A stretch of 64,000 bases of DNA from the IMG/VR virus record IMGVR_UViG_3300050821_018577, positions 96,001 through 160,000 of that record; one strand, written 5' to 3'. The notes below the pieces were generated by a model. It saw nothing but the letters and a program-made list of their open reading frames with translations. It did not search any database and was not told the DNA's origin. This stretch comes from a virus. Position numbers and translations under genes: made by a program. The first letter of the stretch is position 1. Every line of letters begins with the position of its first letter. Shown here piece after piece: positions 16,811-27,421 of this stretch.

Positions 16811-19324
16811 ATGGCTGATTTAAGGATCGGCGCAGAAGTTGATGTATCCCAACTCGGCAAATTAGCCGAAGGATCGGAGCGGGTCGCCGCCAGCACCAGG
16901 ACCGCAGGTTCGTCCTTTGCCTATGCTAGCGAGGAAGCTGCAAATCTTGCTACGAAGCTGATGGCCCAAGGCGTATCGGCAAAAGAAGCCGAGGGCGCGC
17001 TTATCAACATGGGCATGTCGGCCAGGAACGCGGCCGCTATCATGGCCCAACTCACTGGTGCGACCGCAGCCTTGGGAACGGAAGTTGTCGCGACAACCAC
17101 AAAGGTGGACGCCTTCACCCGGCAGATGGCGAATTCCGCAGTCCGTATCGCTGCCAGTGAAGCAGGGTTGGGACAACTTGGATTCGCGTTTGGTCGCTTG
17201 GGTGCCATGAGCAGCGCTTTGGCGCCAATTCTTGCATCCACATTTGCTGTCTTTGCCGCCGTAGCCTTCGTTGAAATCGTCAATCGCGCCATCGATGCCT
17301 ACGAAAAATGGACGCGCCTTGGTGAAGAAACAGTTCACAAAATCGATGACCAAACGCTTTCTCTCGCGCATGAAAGCGACCAGCTTGATGTAGTGAATAT
17401 TCGACTGCAAAACCAAATCGACAAGTTGGAACACAAGCCTGAAAATCATCTCGCCTTAGCCCTAGCGGAAGTCAAAGTTCAAGCAGATGCTCTTTCCAAG
17501 TCCTTGGAAGATGCTCTTATCAAATCCATCGAGCTCCTCAAGGCTGGCCCTGGACTCGCTTCTGAGATTTTCCTCGGCAAAGCAAACATGAAAGCGGTCG
17601 GAGATTTACTGGAACCGCTGAAACGTGAGATGGAATTTGCCCAAATGCGTAATGACGCCGAAGGGCAAAGAAACATACTGCTCAAAGAGCAGGCAATCCT
17701 ACAAAACGCACTGGTAGAAGAACAGGCGAAGCATCTGACGAAAATTCCGGCCGGCCCTCGTGGAATGGGAGAGAGAACCATCGGCAGCTTGCCCGACCAG
17801 GATGCGCTTAATGCGTACAGGTCATTGCTCGCAGGCATCCAGGACCAATTGTCCAAGATTACTAAGACCGGCACAGAGGGTGAACTGGAAATCAAGAAGG
17901 CCCAGGTACAAACAGCCGAAGACAGGCTAAAAGCAGCTGAAAAGTTTTTCAAGACCATGGCGGATTGGGAGGATGAAGAGGCGAAGCGTTCAAAGTCAAA
18001 TCTTGATGCAGAGCTTGAGATGGTTGAAAAGCTGCAATCCGTTGGCCTCCCACTTTCTTTATTGGCCACCACCACTGACAGAAAGACGCTTGAATTGTTA
18101 GTCAGCGATGAACGAAAGGCGCAAGAAGAACTGGCCCGTGTCCAAAAAAAGAACGAAGAAGATGAAAAGAGAGCCGCTAAAGAAGTCGAAGAAGCTTGGC
18201 AACGCGCGGCCGAAGAACGGATCCGCAACGAAGAAGAAGCCTATCGGGTATCGCAACACGCCGCGGAAAATCGGATGCGCGATATCAAAGCCCAGGAATC
18301 GTTTACGACCGCCGGAATCGGCAAGGGGCCTATTACCACCGTCCTGGAAGGAACCTCCCTTGCCGAACAGGGCGCGGTCGCCTCGGCGGCGATGAAGCAA
18401 GCCCGGGACGCAGCCGCCGATTATCAGAGTCAGCTGGATATCGTGAACTCTGTAATGGCTGAAACAAATCGAGAGTCGGAGGAGGGCCGCAAGACCTTTA
18501 ACGACCTGAGCAAGCAAGCGGACCAATTGCGGCATGCGCTCGATGGAGCTGTAGCTGCCGGCGAACATTGGAACAGCACGGTCAAGCAAATCGATGCCCA
18601 ACAGAAAGCTCTACAGTTGGGATTCACTTGGGAGAATCTAAAAACCAGCATGGAGTCGGCTGCGAATGCGGGTTTCAATTCCTTTAACTCCGCGTTCGTC
18701 AAGATGCTCAATACCGGAACAAGTTTCATTAAGGTGATGCAACAGTTGTGGTTGGGCATGGTTGATACGTTCGTGACATCGATTCTGAAAATGGCCGAAC
18801 AGTGGGTTGTGCAGCATGTCATCATGATGGCCATCAGCAAGATATTCGGTGCGACTTCGTCAGAAGCCAGTGCCACCGATATCACGGCCAAAGAATTAGG
18901 CAGACAGGCAGCGATCGGGGATGCAGCGGCTACCGCTGCAATTGAAGCGGCATGGCTCGGTCCTGCAGCGGCCATTGCCGCAGCTGGTGCGGTAGAGGGA
19001 GCTCTGCAGGGGATCACGACATTTGAGGGCGGCGGTATCGTTAAAGCTGGCCTCCATGAAGGTGAAATGGTGTTGCCTGCGCATCTTTCTACCTTCGTTC
19101 AGACAGCGGCCGCAGAAGCAGGCCGGGCCGGGCCGCCAGGTCCACAAGGGGCCAGCGGCGGCCGCGGCGGTGATATGCACTTCCATCTCCCAACACATAT
19201 CGGCGAGTTGAAGGCCTGGGATGGAGCTTCTGTGCGCTCCGCGCTCATGGAACATGGGGATCTGGTTGGAAGCATCGCGATTGCTGCGGTTAAACGCCAT
19301 TTCAGAAGCAATGGAGTGGATTAG
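16811..19324 (+). CDS. tail tape measure protein
   Basis: 837 aa, Ala-rich and coiled-coil; C-terminal GGIV..LHEGEMVLP motif; synteny. Confidence 0.85.
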   Translation: MADLRIGAEVDVSQLGKLAEGSERVAASTRTAGSSFAYASEEAANLATKLMAQGVSAKEAEGALINMGMSARNAAAIMAQLTGATAALGTEVVATTTKVDAFTRQMANSAVRIAASEAGLGQLGFAFGRLGAMSSALAPILASTFAVFAAVAFVEIVNRAIDAYEKWTRLGEETVHKIDDQTLSLAHESDQLDVVNIRLQNQIDKLEHKPENHLALALAEVKVQADALSKSLEDALIKSIELLKAGPGLASEIFLGKANMKAVGDLLEPLKREMEFAQMRNDAEGQRNILLKEQAILQNALVEEQAKHLTKIPAGPRGMGERTIGSLPDQDALNAYRSLLAGIQDQLSKITKTGTEGELEIKKAQVQTAEDRLKAAEKFFKTMADWEDEEAKRSKSNLDAELEMVEKLQSVGLPLSLLATTTDRKTLELLVSDERKAQEELARVQKKNEEDEKRAAKEVEEAWQRAAEERIRNEEEAYRVSQHAAENRMRDIKAQESFTTAGIGKGPITTVLEGTSLAEQGAVASAAMKQARDAAADYQSQLDIVNSVMAETNRESEEGRKTFNDLSKQADQLRHALDGAVAAGEHWNSTVKQIDAQQKALQLGFTWENLKTSMESAANAGFNSFNSAFVKMLNTGTSFIKVMQQLWLGMVDTFVTSILKMAEQWVVQHVIMMAISKIFGATSSEASATDITAKELGRQAAIGDAAATAAIEAAWLGPAAAIAAAGAVEGALQGITTFEGGGIVKAGLHEGEMVLPAHLSTFVQTAAAEAGRAGPPGPQGASGGRGGDMHFHLPTHIGELKAWDGASVRSALMEHGDLVGSIAIAAVKRHFRSNGVD

Positions 19325-20020
19325 ATGTCAAACGTCGTATTTCCAACGCTAAAAGGTTTGACATGGGGCCTGAAATTTAGAGATGAGTTCTTCACTCTTA
19401 TGCAAGCGTCGACTGCTCCGGGCTTTGAAACTCGCGTCTTGCTCGGACCGGACCCGATTATTCATTTTGAGTTGGTCTACAATTATTTGCGGCAAAAAAG
19501 TTATACCACTAGCTTTGGTATCTATCAAAATTCAAGCGATGAGATTGCGATTTTGCGCGGATTCTTCCGTGCCCGAAACGGCGATTTCGATTCGTTTCTT
19601 CTGTCACTCCCGACCATCACTCAAAATAATGCCGACGGAACCATAACGGGACAGACGCTCACGCCCGATGCCAACAACATCGCGCCACTAGTGGTGATCC
19701 GGGAAACCTACAGCGAAAGCATTTATGAAGCGTTCGGGGTGAACAGTAATCCAGGAACAGCGCCTGTAGTCAAAAAAGACGGAACACCGCTGCTATCAGG
19801 CACGGATTATAACTTCGTCGGACCAGGTTTTTCGCTTGCCGGCGTCACCTATCCTGGATTGGCAGTACAATTCATCACGGCTACAGGTGGCCACGTCATG
19901 ACTGCCGATTTCAGTTGGTACTATCGCGTGCGCTTCGAACAGGGCAACCAGGAATTCGAGTTATTCCTCGCGCTGTTATATTCGGCGCAAAAAGTTCAGC
20001 TTGTGACCACGAGGGTTTGA
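19325..20020 (+). CDS. distal tail protein (DUF2460/GTA-like)
   Basis: FPTLKGLTW..FFRARNGDFDSF..TADFSWYYRVRF. Confidence 0.7.
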   Translation: MSNVVFPTLKGLTWGLKFRDEFFTLMQASTAPGFETRVLLGPDPIIHFELVYNYLRQKSYTTSFGIYQNSSDEIAILRGFFRARNGDFDSFLLSLPTITQNNADGTITGQTLTPDANNIAPLVVIRETYSESIYEAFGVNSNPGTAPVVKKDGTPLLSGTDYNFVGPGFSLAGVTYPGLAVQFITATGGHVMTADFSWYYRVRFEQGNQEFELFLALLYSAQKVQLVTTRV

Positions 20021-20956
20021 ATGCGGGCATTCACTGCGGGAGACGGAAGCAATTCTACGGCGGCGGTCCTGACGTACTTGGCCGCGCATCGCCAATTGCA
20101 TATCACCGACCTTTTCGTGATTTCGACGGCTCCCAACTATGCTAGTTTTTATCTTGGGCAGACTTTCTATGTGACTTCCTATCCGTCATCGCTGACGTGG
20201 AATTTCCGCGGCACATTCAAAACGGGTGTGATTGAACGCAATGAAGTTGAATCAAAAATCGGTTTGGAAGCCGACAAACTCGAAGTGACTTGGGCCCCAC
20301 AGAATACCGACATTCTCGATGCATCGCTGACAGTATTGGCAGGATTTCATTCCGGAGTCTTCGACAACGGAACGCTCGAACTGTGGCGCTGTGTGATGCC
20401 GACGATTGGCGATTGCAATACCCTCGGTGCTTGCCTGCTTTTCAGTGGCCGCATTGGAAACATCGAGCCGGACCGGCTAAAGGTCAAGATGACGGTAATG
20501 AGCAGGCTGGAAGTTCTGAACCAAATGGTTCCCACCAATCTAATCGAACCCACCAACATCATTGCCCAATACACGACTGGACAGGTTCTGAAAAACGGGC
20601 CATCGGCATTCAGTTTGGTCGCCGGTACCACGGCGCAAGTGCTCGTTGCGGATCCGGTAGCGGCGCCTGGAGGCTACACGCCGCAAAATGATACGTGGGA
20701 TTTTGGCTATGTGATGATGACGGGAGCCGGCAAGACCGGAGGGTCGTTCCGTGGAATTCAGCAGCAGACCTATAACGGAACGCATCATCTCTTTTATCTT
20801 TACGAAGCGTTGCCCATAACTCCGTTGGTCGGCGATACGTTCAACGCTTTCATTCTAGTGCCGCGCGACCAAGGCGGGGCCGTGACGCAAGGAAGTATCT
20901 ATCAAGGATTTCCATTTGTTCCGCAACCCATCAATTCTCCTATAGGGCTTGGATGA
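20021..20956 (+). CDS. baseplate hub / gpL-like (DUF2163) protein
   Basis: GLEADKLEV..G.FDNGTLELWR..LFSGRIG..FxGFPFVP. Confidence 0.7.
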   Translation: MRAFTAGDGSNSTAAVLTYLAAHRQLHITDLFVISTAPNYASFYLGQTFYVTSYPSSLTWNFRGTFKTGVIERNEVESKIGLEADKLEVTWAPQNTDILDASLTVLAGFHSGVFDNGTLELWRCVMPTIGDCNTLGACLLFSGRIGNIEPDRLKVKMTVMSRLEVLNQMVPTNLIEPTNIIAQYTTGQVLKNGPSAFSLVAGTTAQVLVADPVAAPGGYTPQNDTWDFGYVMMTGAGKTGGSFRGIQQQTYNGTHHLFYLYEALPITPLVGDTFNAFILVPRDQGGAVTQGSIYQGFPFVPQPINSPIGLG

Positions 20957-21444
20957 CCATCGATATTCGAGAACAACGGCAGGCTGTGGTACGCGAGGCT
21001 CTTACCTGGCTCCGCACGCCATTCATGTACGACCAATGCGTTAAGGGTGTGGGAGTGGACTGCGGCCGATTCCTCGCTGCTGTATTCAACAATGCCGGAG
21101 TCAAGAGAATCGATATCGCGAAATTGCCGCATATCCCGCCGGGCTGGTTTCTGCACAAACAAAAGGATGCACCGAGTCCTTACCTCTCGGCAATTTTGAC
21201 CTACTCCGTTGAATACAATCTCGCACCTGGGCAAATTCCGGAAGTCGGAGACATCGTGCTTGCAAAAGAAGCTCGCGATTGGGCACACGGGGCGATCGTG
21301 GTGGCATGGCCTAAAGTTATCGGGTCGGCCTACGAGCACTGCGTCACGTTGTGGGAAAACATTCATACCAGCCCACAATATTCCCATCGTGAATTGAAAT
21401 TCTTGAATCCTTGGGACCTGGCTGCCGGAGGAAATAATGATTAA
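20953..21444 (+). CDS. tail-associated NlpC/P60 peptidase (gpK-like)
   Basis: WLRTPF..GVGVDCGRF..HGAIV. Confidence 0.8.
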   Translation: MTIDIREQRQAVVREALTWLRTPFMYDQCVKGVGVDCGRFLAAVFNNAGVKRIDIAKLPHIPPGWFLHKQKDAPSPYLSAILTYSVEYNLAPGQIPEVGDIVLAKEARDWAHGAIVVAWPKVIGSAYEHCVTLWENIHTSPQYSHRELKFLNPWDLAAGGNND

Positions 21445-24400
21445 AGCAGGCACGCCAGGGGCCTCCTTGGCGTCGCAGTATCATGGAATTCAAGTAAGCA
21501 ATTCCGTCTACGGCAAGACCGTCAAATTGCTGTACGGGCTTACGCAAGCAGCTCCCGACTTGATTTGGTACAACGATTGGAAAACTGGAAGCTCGCCAAG
21601 CAATCAACTGCTGGCATCGCTCTTGCAGGGCGGAGGCAAGAAAAGTTCAAAAGGAAGCAAAAAAGGTAGCGTCAAATATTATTCCGCAGCGGTCGACCTA
21701 TTGATTGGACACGCTCCGATTCTTGGAGTGTTTTCCGCGTGGTACAACAACCAGAAATTGGCAGTGGTCATCAACAGCGCCTCCGGCTTGATTAGCGGTG
21801 GCTCGTTTACCTTTGTTCCAGCGAATCAGCCAAGCCAAATCGTTGTCGGTTTCACAGTCGGAGGCTCCCCGTATCAGGTGACCGAGCCGAATTTCGTTGC
21901 CGACCGCCGCGTACGTGACGCCACGCTTGGAGATAATTTCTACCTTGGACGCGCCAATCCATCCGGTTTACCAGGTCCAAATCAATACACGGTCACAAGC
22001 GGTGGCCTGTACACTTTCAATGCCGTACAGTCCGGTCATTCGCTCAGGATCACCTATTTCACTTCCGCTTCCGGAAGTCCTTCGACTTTAGTGGGCATTC
22101 TAGCCGTCAGCATTCACGAGGATTTTACTGCGGCGTTTAACGATTATGGCGCGCCAGGTTCCATAACACAGTATGGAACTTGGGAACGCCCGCTATGGAA
22201 TGCGGCCTTTGCTGTGCCAGGCCGCATCGATTTGGGCGCGCCGCATGCCCGCGACCCCTACACATGGGCTTGGGACGGCGTGACCCCGGCTGTGACTCTC
22301 CCGACCGCGCTAAACGGAAAAGCTATCACCGTCTATTACGGAACGCCGGTTATCTTGCGGTCAGACGGCACATTGTTCTCGGCGACGCATACGCCGCTCA
22401 ATGTTCTGAACTTGCAATTTGAACAGATACTGGGCTCCGGATCCGAATACACGAATTTTATCGCCCAACAAATACTTCAAAATTGGGCGGCCGGCGCCGG
22501 GTCGGTCCGTTTCGACCTTGGCGTGTCGAACAGCATGCCGAATTTGAATTTGGAATGTATCGGAGCATTCACGCAATGGCCGAACGGAGACTGCGATGTC
22601 GTGGATATGATTGCCGACATTGTAGCGAGCGGTCCGTTATTCCTCACCCCATCTGGCGGAAACAGCGATTTAGACCATGCAACCACGAAGACTGGTGCCG
22701 GGTTATCGCAAGCCGGAGGCGTGCTTCCAACCGTAGTGGATGCGCCTTCTGGCACGCCTGAACTCGAAGTGATGGTCACTACGACAAGCCAAGGCCAGCC
22801 ACAATCCCCTGGCACGTTTTTTGCTTTAACGCAAGTCGTGGGCGCTACCCGCGTCTACAGTTTTTCTTCGTTCGTCGGTCCTGCTCCAGTAGCCGGGCAA
22901 ACGGTCAGCATTGCGAATTTTGCCAACGCCGCCAACAACGGCCTCTTTACCATAACGGTGGTAACTGGTAACTCGAGCGGAGGAACCTTTACCGTTGGTA
23001 GCGGATCGCAAGTAAATGAAACGACGGCTGCGCAAGGATACTCTCCGGACGCTACTGCATTCGTGTTGACTCAAGTAGTCGGCTCCACGAAGACGTATTC
23101 TTTCTCTTCCTACACTGGGTCAGTTCCCGTCGGCGTTGGACAGTATGTAACGATTACCGGATTTACTAACACTGCCAACAATGGCTTTTTCCCCATAACC
23201 GCATTTACCGGAACATCCACCGGAGGAACGTTCACCGTCGGAAGCGGGTCGCAGGTAAATGAAACACACGCCGCGACGGCTTCGACTGGCTGGCAAGAAG
23301 TCACCAGTCTTCCGATTTGGTATCAATTATTGAATTCCACTGCTCCTGTCAGCGTGGTTCAGCCCTATTCGTCCAGCCTCGGGTTCCCGACAGCAAACGT
23401 AAACTTTGCGCAAGTTCTTGCATGGTTTGGCGCAACTGGCGGCAATCCCATTTGGACACAACATTCCAGTCGTACCGGGTCCAATTCAGCTTCTTACACA
23501 TTAGGACCTTTCACGCCGACTGCAGGCGAAACTCTATTGTTGATGTTCAGATTGCGCGACCTGGGCTTCGGCTTGTTCACGAGCCCATGCGTATATTCGG
23601 TAACGGATGACCAGGGGAATCTTTGGAATCTGATTGCCAACGTTTCCACTGTGGCCGGCGGTGGCAGCAATCCTGGCGCGCAGACAATGCTTTTCATGTG
23701 TCAAGGACCAGCCCTAGTATCTACAACCGTCACCTGCCAACAAACCTCCGGACCAACTGCTGGCAACGTGAGCGACATAAATTATTTATTTGGCATTACG
23801 AATTTCGCGTCCGCCACGGTCACACCCATCGGTCATGGAGTGAACTGCAACACGTATGGAGCGGTCCAAAGTTCAGCGGGCTCCACGACTTCTCCGGGGA
23901 ATGGCCTTCTACTCACAGGGCTTGAGCAAGTGCGGGCTTGGTGTCGGGCGAACGGAATTTCTGGCGCGCTCACACAGGATGCACAGCGGTCGGCAAAGGA
24001 TATGGTCGACGAATTACTGACCGTTGCAAACGCAGCACCAGTCTATTCCGGCGCTACGCTTAACACCATCCCTTACGATGAGGTCAGCAATGCCGGTGGA
24101 GGGTTGGTCTACACCGCATCCACAGCAGCAGGTCCGGTTGCAAATCTTGCCGACCAGGATTTCGAGAACGATGATGGCAAGACGCCTCCAGTATCGTTTT
24201 TGCGGAAGCGCCGTGCGGACTGCGATAATGTGGTCTCTATCGAATTTCTTGACCGTTCGCTCGATTATTCCAAGAACACGATTTCCGAGGTTGACCAAAA
24301 GGCAGTCACGCTCTATGGCCCGCGAAAAGGTGGAACGCTTTCGGCGGCCGAACTTGGCGTCAATGTCCCAAGCGGTTCGAAATCATTGTCCAGCATCCGC

Positions 24401-25360
24401 AGCACAACGGTGGCCCAAGCCATTGCTTCCATCCTGGTGAAACGTGGCGCTGCCGGCGTCAACCAATTTCAATTCACCGTCAAGCAAGAATGGCTTGGCC
24501 TCGAGGCCATGGACCTGGTAACGATTACCGATAGTCGTCTTGGAATATCACAATTGCCCGTCAGATTACTTAGCGTCAAAGAAACGCCGAAGCGCACCCT
24601 GAAATGCGTTGCTGACCAATTCGTCTATGGCTTGAATCATCCGAGCGTGCTGCAAACTACCGCTCAAACAGGAACCATTATCGTCTCCAATGTGGATCCA
24701 GGTTTGGTCAATACGCCCATCATTTTCCAGCCCACGGCAGCGATGCTTGGTCCAGGCGCTGCTCCAGAATTGTGGTTTCTGGTTTCCGGCGCTGACACAA
24801 ACTATGGCGGCTGTATAGCGAATCTGTCATTGGACGGTGGTGTGAGTTATCCAACCGTTCTCGGAACGATTGGCCCCGCCACGACTGGTGTGCTGACAGC
24901 GAATTTTGCGGACCACGTTGACCCTGACACAACCAATACATTGGCTATTGACCTGACAGAATCCGGAGGGGCGCTCTCCACGCAATCACAGCCAGTCGCG
25001 GATAGTTTTGGCGACCCTTGCTATCTTGCGGGATCTGACGTCTACCATTGGGAAGTGATTTGCTATACCGCTGTGACCCTCACGAGTGCGGAACATTATT
25101 CTCTGGCAACCTACATACGCCGCGGTGTCTTGGGAACTGCGCACACCGCACATACCACGGCGCAACGATTTGCGGCAATCGATGGAGCGCTGTTCCGAGT
25201 TTCCATGCCGTCGACGTGGGTTGGTCTCACGCTATATTTCAAATTTCAGGCATACAACAAACTGGGCGGCCAAATAAATTCGCTGGCCAATTGCACTGCG
25301 TATACATTCACTCCGTTGGCAGCCTATCTGCCCGGCGGGTTTTATGTGAACGGGAGCTAA
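21437..25360 (+). CDS. tail tip / host-specificity protein (gpJ / GTA megatron-like)
   Basis: 1307 aa; YGKTVKLLYG N-terminus; LEAMDLVTITD; RRGVLGT..YFKFQAYN C-terminus. Confidence 0.8.
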   Translation: MIKAGTPGASLASQYHGIQVSNSVYGKTVKLLYGLTQAAPDLIWYNDWKTGSSPSNQLLASLLQGGGKKSSKGSKKGSVKYYSAAVDLLIGHAPILGVFSAWYNNQKLAVVINSASGLISGGSFTFVPANQPSQIVVGFTVGGSPYQVTEPNFVADRRVRDATLGDNFYLGRANPSGLPGPNQYTVTSGGLYTFNAVQSGHSLRITYFTSASGSPSTLVGILAVSIHEDFTAAFNDYGAPGSITQYGTWERPLWNAAFAVPGRIDLGAPHARDPYTWAWDGVTPAVTLPTALNGKAITVYYGTPVILRSDGTLFSATHTPLNVLNLQFEQILGSGSEYTNFIAQQILQNWAAGAGSVRFDLGVSNSMPNLNLECIGAFTQWPNGDCDVVDMIADIVASGPLFLTPSGGNSDLDHATTKTGAGLSQAGGVLPTVVDAPSGTPELEVMVTTTSQGQPQSPGTFFALTQVVGATRVYSFSSFVGPAPVAGQTVSIANFANAANNGLFTITVVTGNSSGGTFTVGSGSQVNETTAAQGYSPDATAFVLTQVVGSTKTYSFSSYTGSVPVGVGQYVTITGFTNTANNGFFPITAFTGTSTGGTFTVGSGSQVNETHAATASTGWQEVTSLPIWYQLLNSTAPVSVVQPYSSSLGFPTANVNFAQVLAWFGATGGNPIWTQHSSRTGSNSASYTLGPFTPTAGETLLLMFRLRDLGFGLFTSPCVYSVTDDQGNLWNLIANVSTVAGGGSNPGAQTMLFMCQGPALVSTTVTCQQTSGPTAGNVSDINYLFGITNFASATVTPIGHGVNCNTYGAVQSSAGSTTSPGNGLLLTGLEQVRAWCRANGISGALTQDAQRSAKDMVDELLTVANAAPVYSGATLNTIPYDEVSNAGGGLVYTASTAAGPVANLADQDFENDDGKTPPVSFLRKRRADCDNVVSIEFLDRSLDYSKNTISEVDQKAVTLYGPRKGGTLSAAELGVNVPSGSKSLSSIRSTTVAQAIASILVKRGAAGVNQFQFTVKQEWLGLEAMDLVTITDSRLGISQLPVRLLSVKETPKRTLKCVADQFVYGLNHPSVLQTTAQTGTIIVSNVDPGLVNTPIIFQPTAAMLGPGAAPELWFLVSGADTNYGGCIANLSLDGGVSYPTVLGTIGPATTGVLTANFADHVDPDTTNTLAIDLTESGGALSTQSQPVADSFGDPCYLAGSDVYHWEVICYTAVTLTSAEHYSLATYIRRGVLGTAHTAHTTAQRFAAIDGALFRVSMPSTWVGLTLYFKFQAYNKLGGQINSLANCTAYTFTPLAAYLPGGFYVNGS

Positions 25361-25363
25361 AGC

Positions 25364-26605
25364 GTGCCGATTACCGGAACAACATCAACAGAAGCGAATT
25401 TGAATGATACGACGCCGGCCGCACCAGCACTAGCGACAAACGTGAAATGGCAGGCAAGCGCGCCATACCCCGACCCCAACAATGCCGCTTTTCAAGTAAG
25501 GGACATCAGCGCCTACATTATCGGTTTTTTCGCATGGGGCGGAGATGCTTCGGACGGTTCCGTCACTTTTGACGGCACGACCACTATCCTTGGATTGGTT
25601 CCATCCAGCAGCGTGTACACGATGACCCGGGATATTTTCTGTGTGAATATCACCGTCAATTCCGGCGTCACTATCAAGACGGGGAATTATGCGATTTTTG
25701 CCACTGGCATTGTGACCGTGAATGGCACGGTGATGAATGATGGCCAAGCCGGAGGCGTTGGTGGTGCCGGTGGACCAGGAGGAAGCGGATCGGGTGCCGG
25801 AGGCAGCGCCGGAAGCGCAGGCGCCACAAGCTCCACCGGGTCCGATGGCCATTTTACGCGTCCTACCTCAGCAGTAGCTGGTGGAGTAGGCGGCGCTGGC
25901 CAAACAACCATAGGCTCGCAAGCGCCAGGCGCTACAGCCGGCAATGGCCCTAGTTCCGGGAATGCTTTAGACAATTTGGGATCCTCCGGTACGACCGGCG
26001 CGTCTGGTGGCGCTGGCGGAGCTGGCGCGTCAGGAGCCGGTGGAGCTCTCCAAACAGGTGGAGCCGGAGGAGCTACGTCGACGAGCGCGCAAGCTGGCAG
26101 AAATCCATCCTCGGCTGTGCGGGGCGCCAGTTCAACCAATGGTACCCTCAAACCATATCAACCATCGAATGGCTGCGATGGAGGGTCTGCTGGCGGTTCT
26201 GGCGGCGGCGGCGATGGAACAAACTTGGGCGGCGGCGGAGGTGGCGGCGGGGGAGAAGGTGGCACTGGAGGGTTGCTGTTGATTGCCGCGCAATTTATCG
26301 TTGTCGGCGCGACCGGAGTAATTTCGTCGAAAGGCGGCGCCGGCGGGAATGGGGGTGCCGGTGGGTCTCCGCTGCAAGGCAATACCGGTGGTGGTGGCGG
26401 CGGAGCAGGCGGAAGCGGCGGTACCGGAGGCATCGTGTGGTTGATTTATCACACGTTGACCAACGGTGGGTCCATCACAGTTGCTGGCGGTGCGGCCGGA
26501 ACGCATGGCGCAGGAGGCACGAAAAATGGAACCGGAGTGAACGGGAATAATGGATCCGATGGTCCGGCTGGAACGACCGGAAATTTAGTTCAACTTGTAT
26601 GTTAG
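25364..26605 (+). CDS. glycine-rich tail fibre-like protein
   Basis: GGDASDG, GAGGGGGG and GGAGGNG repeats; synteny. Confidence 0.65.
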   Translation: MPITGTTSTEANLNDTTPAAPALATNVKWQASAPYPDPNNAAFQVRDISAYIIGFFAWGGDASDGSVTFDGTTTILGLVPSSSVYTMTRDIFCVNITVNSGVTIKTGNYAIFATGIVTVNGTVMNDGQAGGVGGAGGPGGSGSGAGGSAGSAGATSSTGSDGHFTRPTSAVAGGVGGAGQTTIGSQAPGATAGNGPSSGNALDNLGSSGTTGASGGAGGAGASGAGGALQTGGAGGATSTSAQAGRNPSSAVRGASSTNGTLKPYQPSNGCDGGSAGGSGGGGDGTNLGGGGGGGGGEGGTGGLLLIAAQFIVVGATGVISSKGGAGGNGGAGGSPLQGNTGGGGGGAGGSGGTGGIVWLIYHTLTNGGSITVAGGAAGTHGAGGTKNGTGVNGNNGSDGPAGTTGNLVQLVC

Positions 26606-26650
26606 CTTCTATATGGAAACTTTTTATGGAAGAATCGACTAGAGTGAAAC

Positions 26651-27211
26651 ATGAGCGTGGATGCGATTTCTCAATCAAGAGCGGACCAGCTGCATCCGGT
26701 AGCCCGTGCGCGTATTCTGGCAACGATCGAGGATTGCGCGGCGGCGGGCATTTACCTGCGGCTAACCCAAGGCCTACGTACTCAGAACGAACAGCACACT
26801 CTCTACATTCAGGGACGACAGCCGCTCGATGTCGTGAATGAGGCCAGGGCAGCAGTCGGATGGGCCTCCATCACCGAGGACCAGAATCGCGAAGTGACCA
26901 ACGCCGACTTTTTTCAGTCCATGCACTGCTACGGTCTCGCCGGTGACGTCGACCCATCCGAAGGCACGACCATGGCGCCATTCAATCCCGATTGGGACGT
27001 GCAAGACGCAGAGTGGCAGAAAGTGCTCGCAATCGCGGCATCCCACCAACTCGCCGAAGGCGCCAAATGGACTTCCGTGAAGCGCGACTATCCACACCTC
27101 TATCCACATGAGTTGGATGCGAATCCAACACAGGAAATGCAGCAGACTCTCAAGGATGCCGGGCTCGACGCCGTATGGGCTGAATTGGATACGGTGCTGC
27201 CGCGCCCGTAA
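26651..27211 (+). CDS. endolysin, M15 family (L-Ala-D-Glu peptidase-like)
   Basis: GLRTxxEQxxLYxQGR, VTNA..SxHxYGLAxD, DxPH. Confidence 0.8.
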   Translation: MSVDAISQSRADQLHPVARARILATIEDCAAAGIYLRLTQGLRTQNEQHTLYIQGRQPLDVVNEARAAVGWASITEDQNREVTNADFFQSMHCYGLAGDVDPSEGTTMAPFNPDWDVQDAEWQKVLAIAASHQLAEGAKWTSVKRDYPHLYPHELDANPTQEMQQTLKDAGLDAVWAELDTVLPRP

Positions 27212-27229
27212 AATAGCAAATTATTGTAG

Positions 27230-27258
27230 TTGACATGGATAAGGCACTGTCTTACAGT
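27230..27258 (+). promoter_or_regulatory. sigma70-type promoter of the early/recombination operon
   Basis: TTGACA (27230-27235), 17 nt spacer, TACAGT (27253-27258). Confidence 0.7.
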
Positions 27259-27268
27259 TCTTCGCGCC

Positions 27269-27421
27269 ATGCCAAAACAGGATGAGACGATTACCTTCCG
27301 GTGTGGAGCACAATTGAAAAAAGATTTGGAAAAAGAGGCCGAGCGCCAAGATTTGACGCTTACCCAACTTCTTCGCAGAATTATCCGCAAACATCTTGGA
27401 GCAAAAGACGGGAGAAACTAA
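27269..27421 (+). CDS. ribbon-helix-helix DNA-binding protein
   Basis: ITFRC..LKKDLEKEAERQDLTLTQLLRRII. Confidence 0.7.
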   Translation: MPKQDETITFRCGAQLKKDLEKEAERQDLTLTQLLRRIIRKHLGAKDGRN

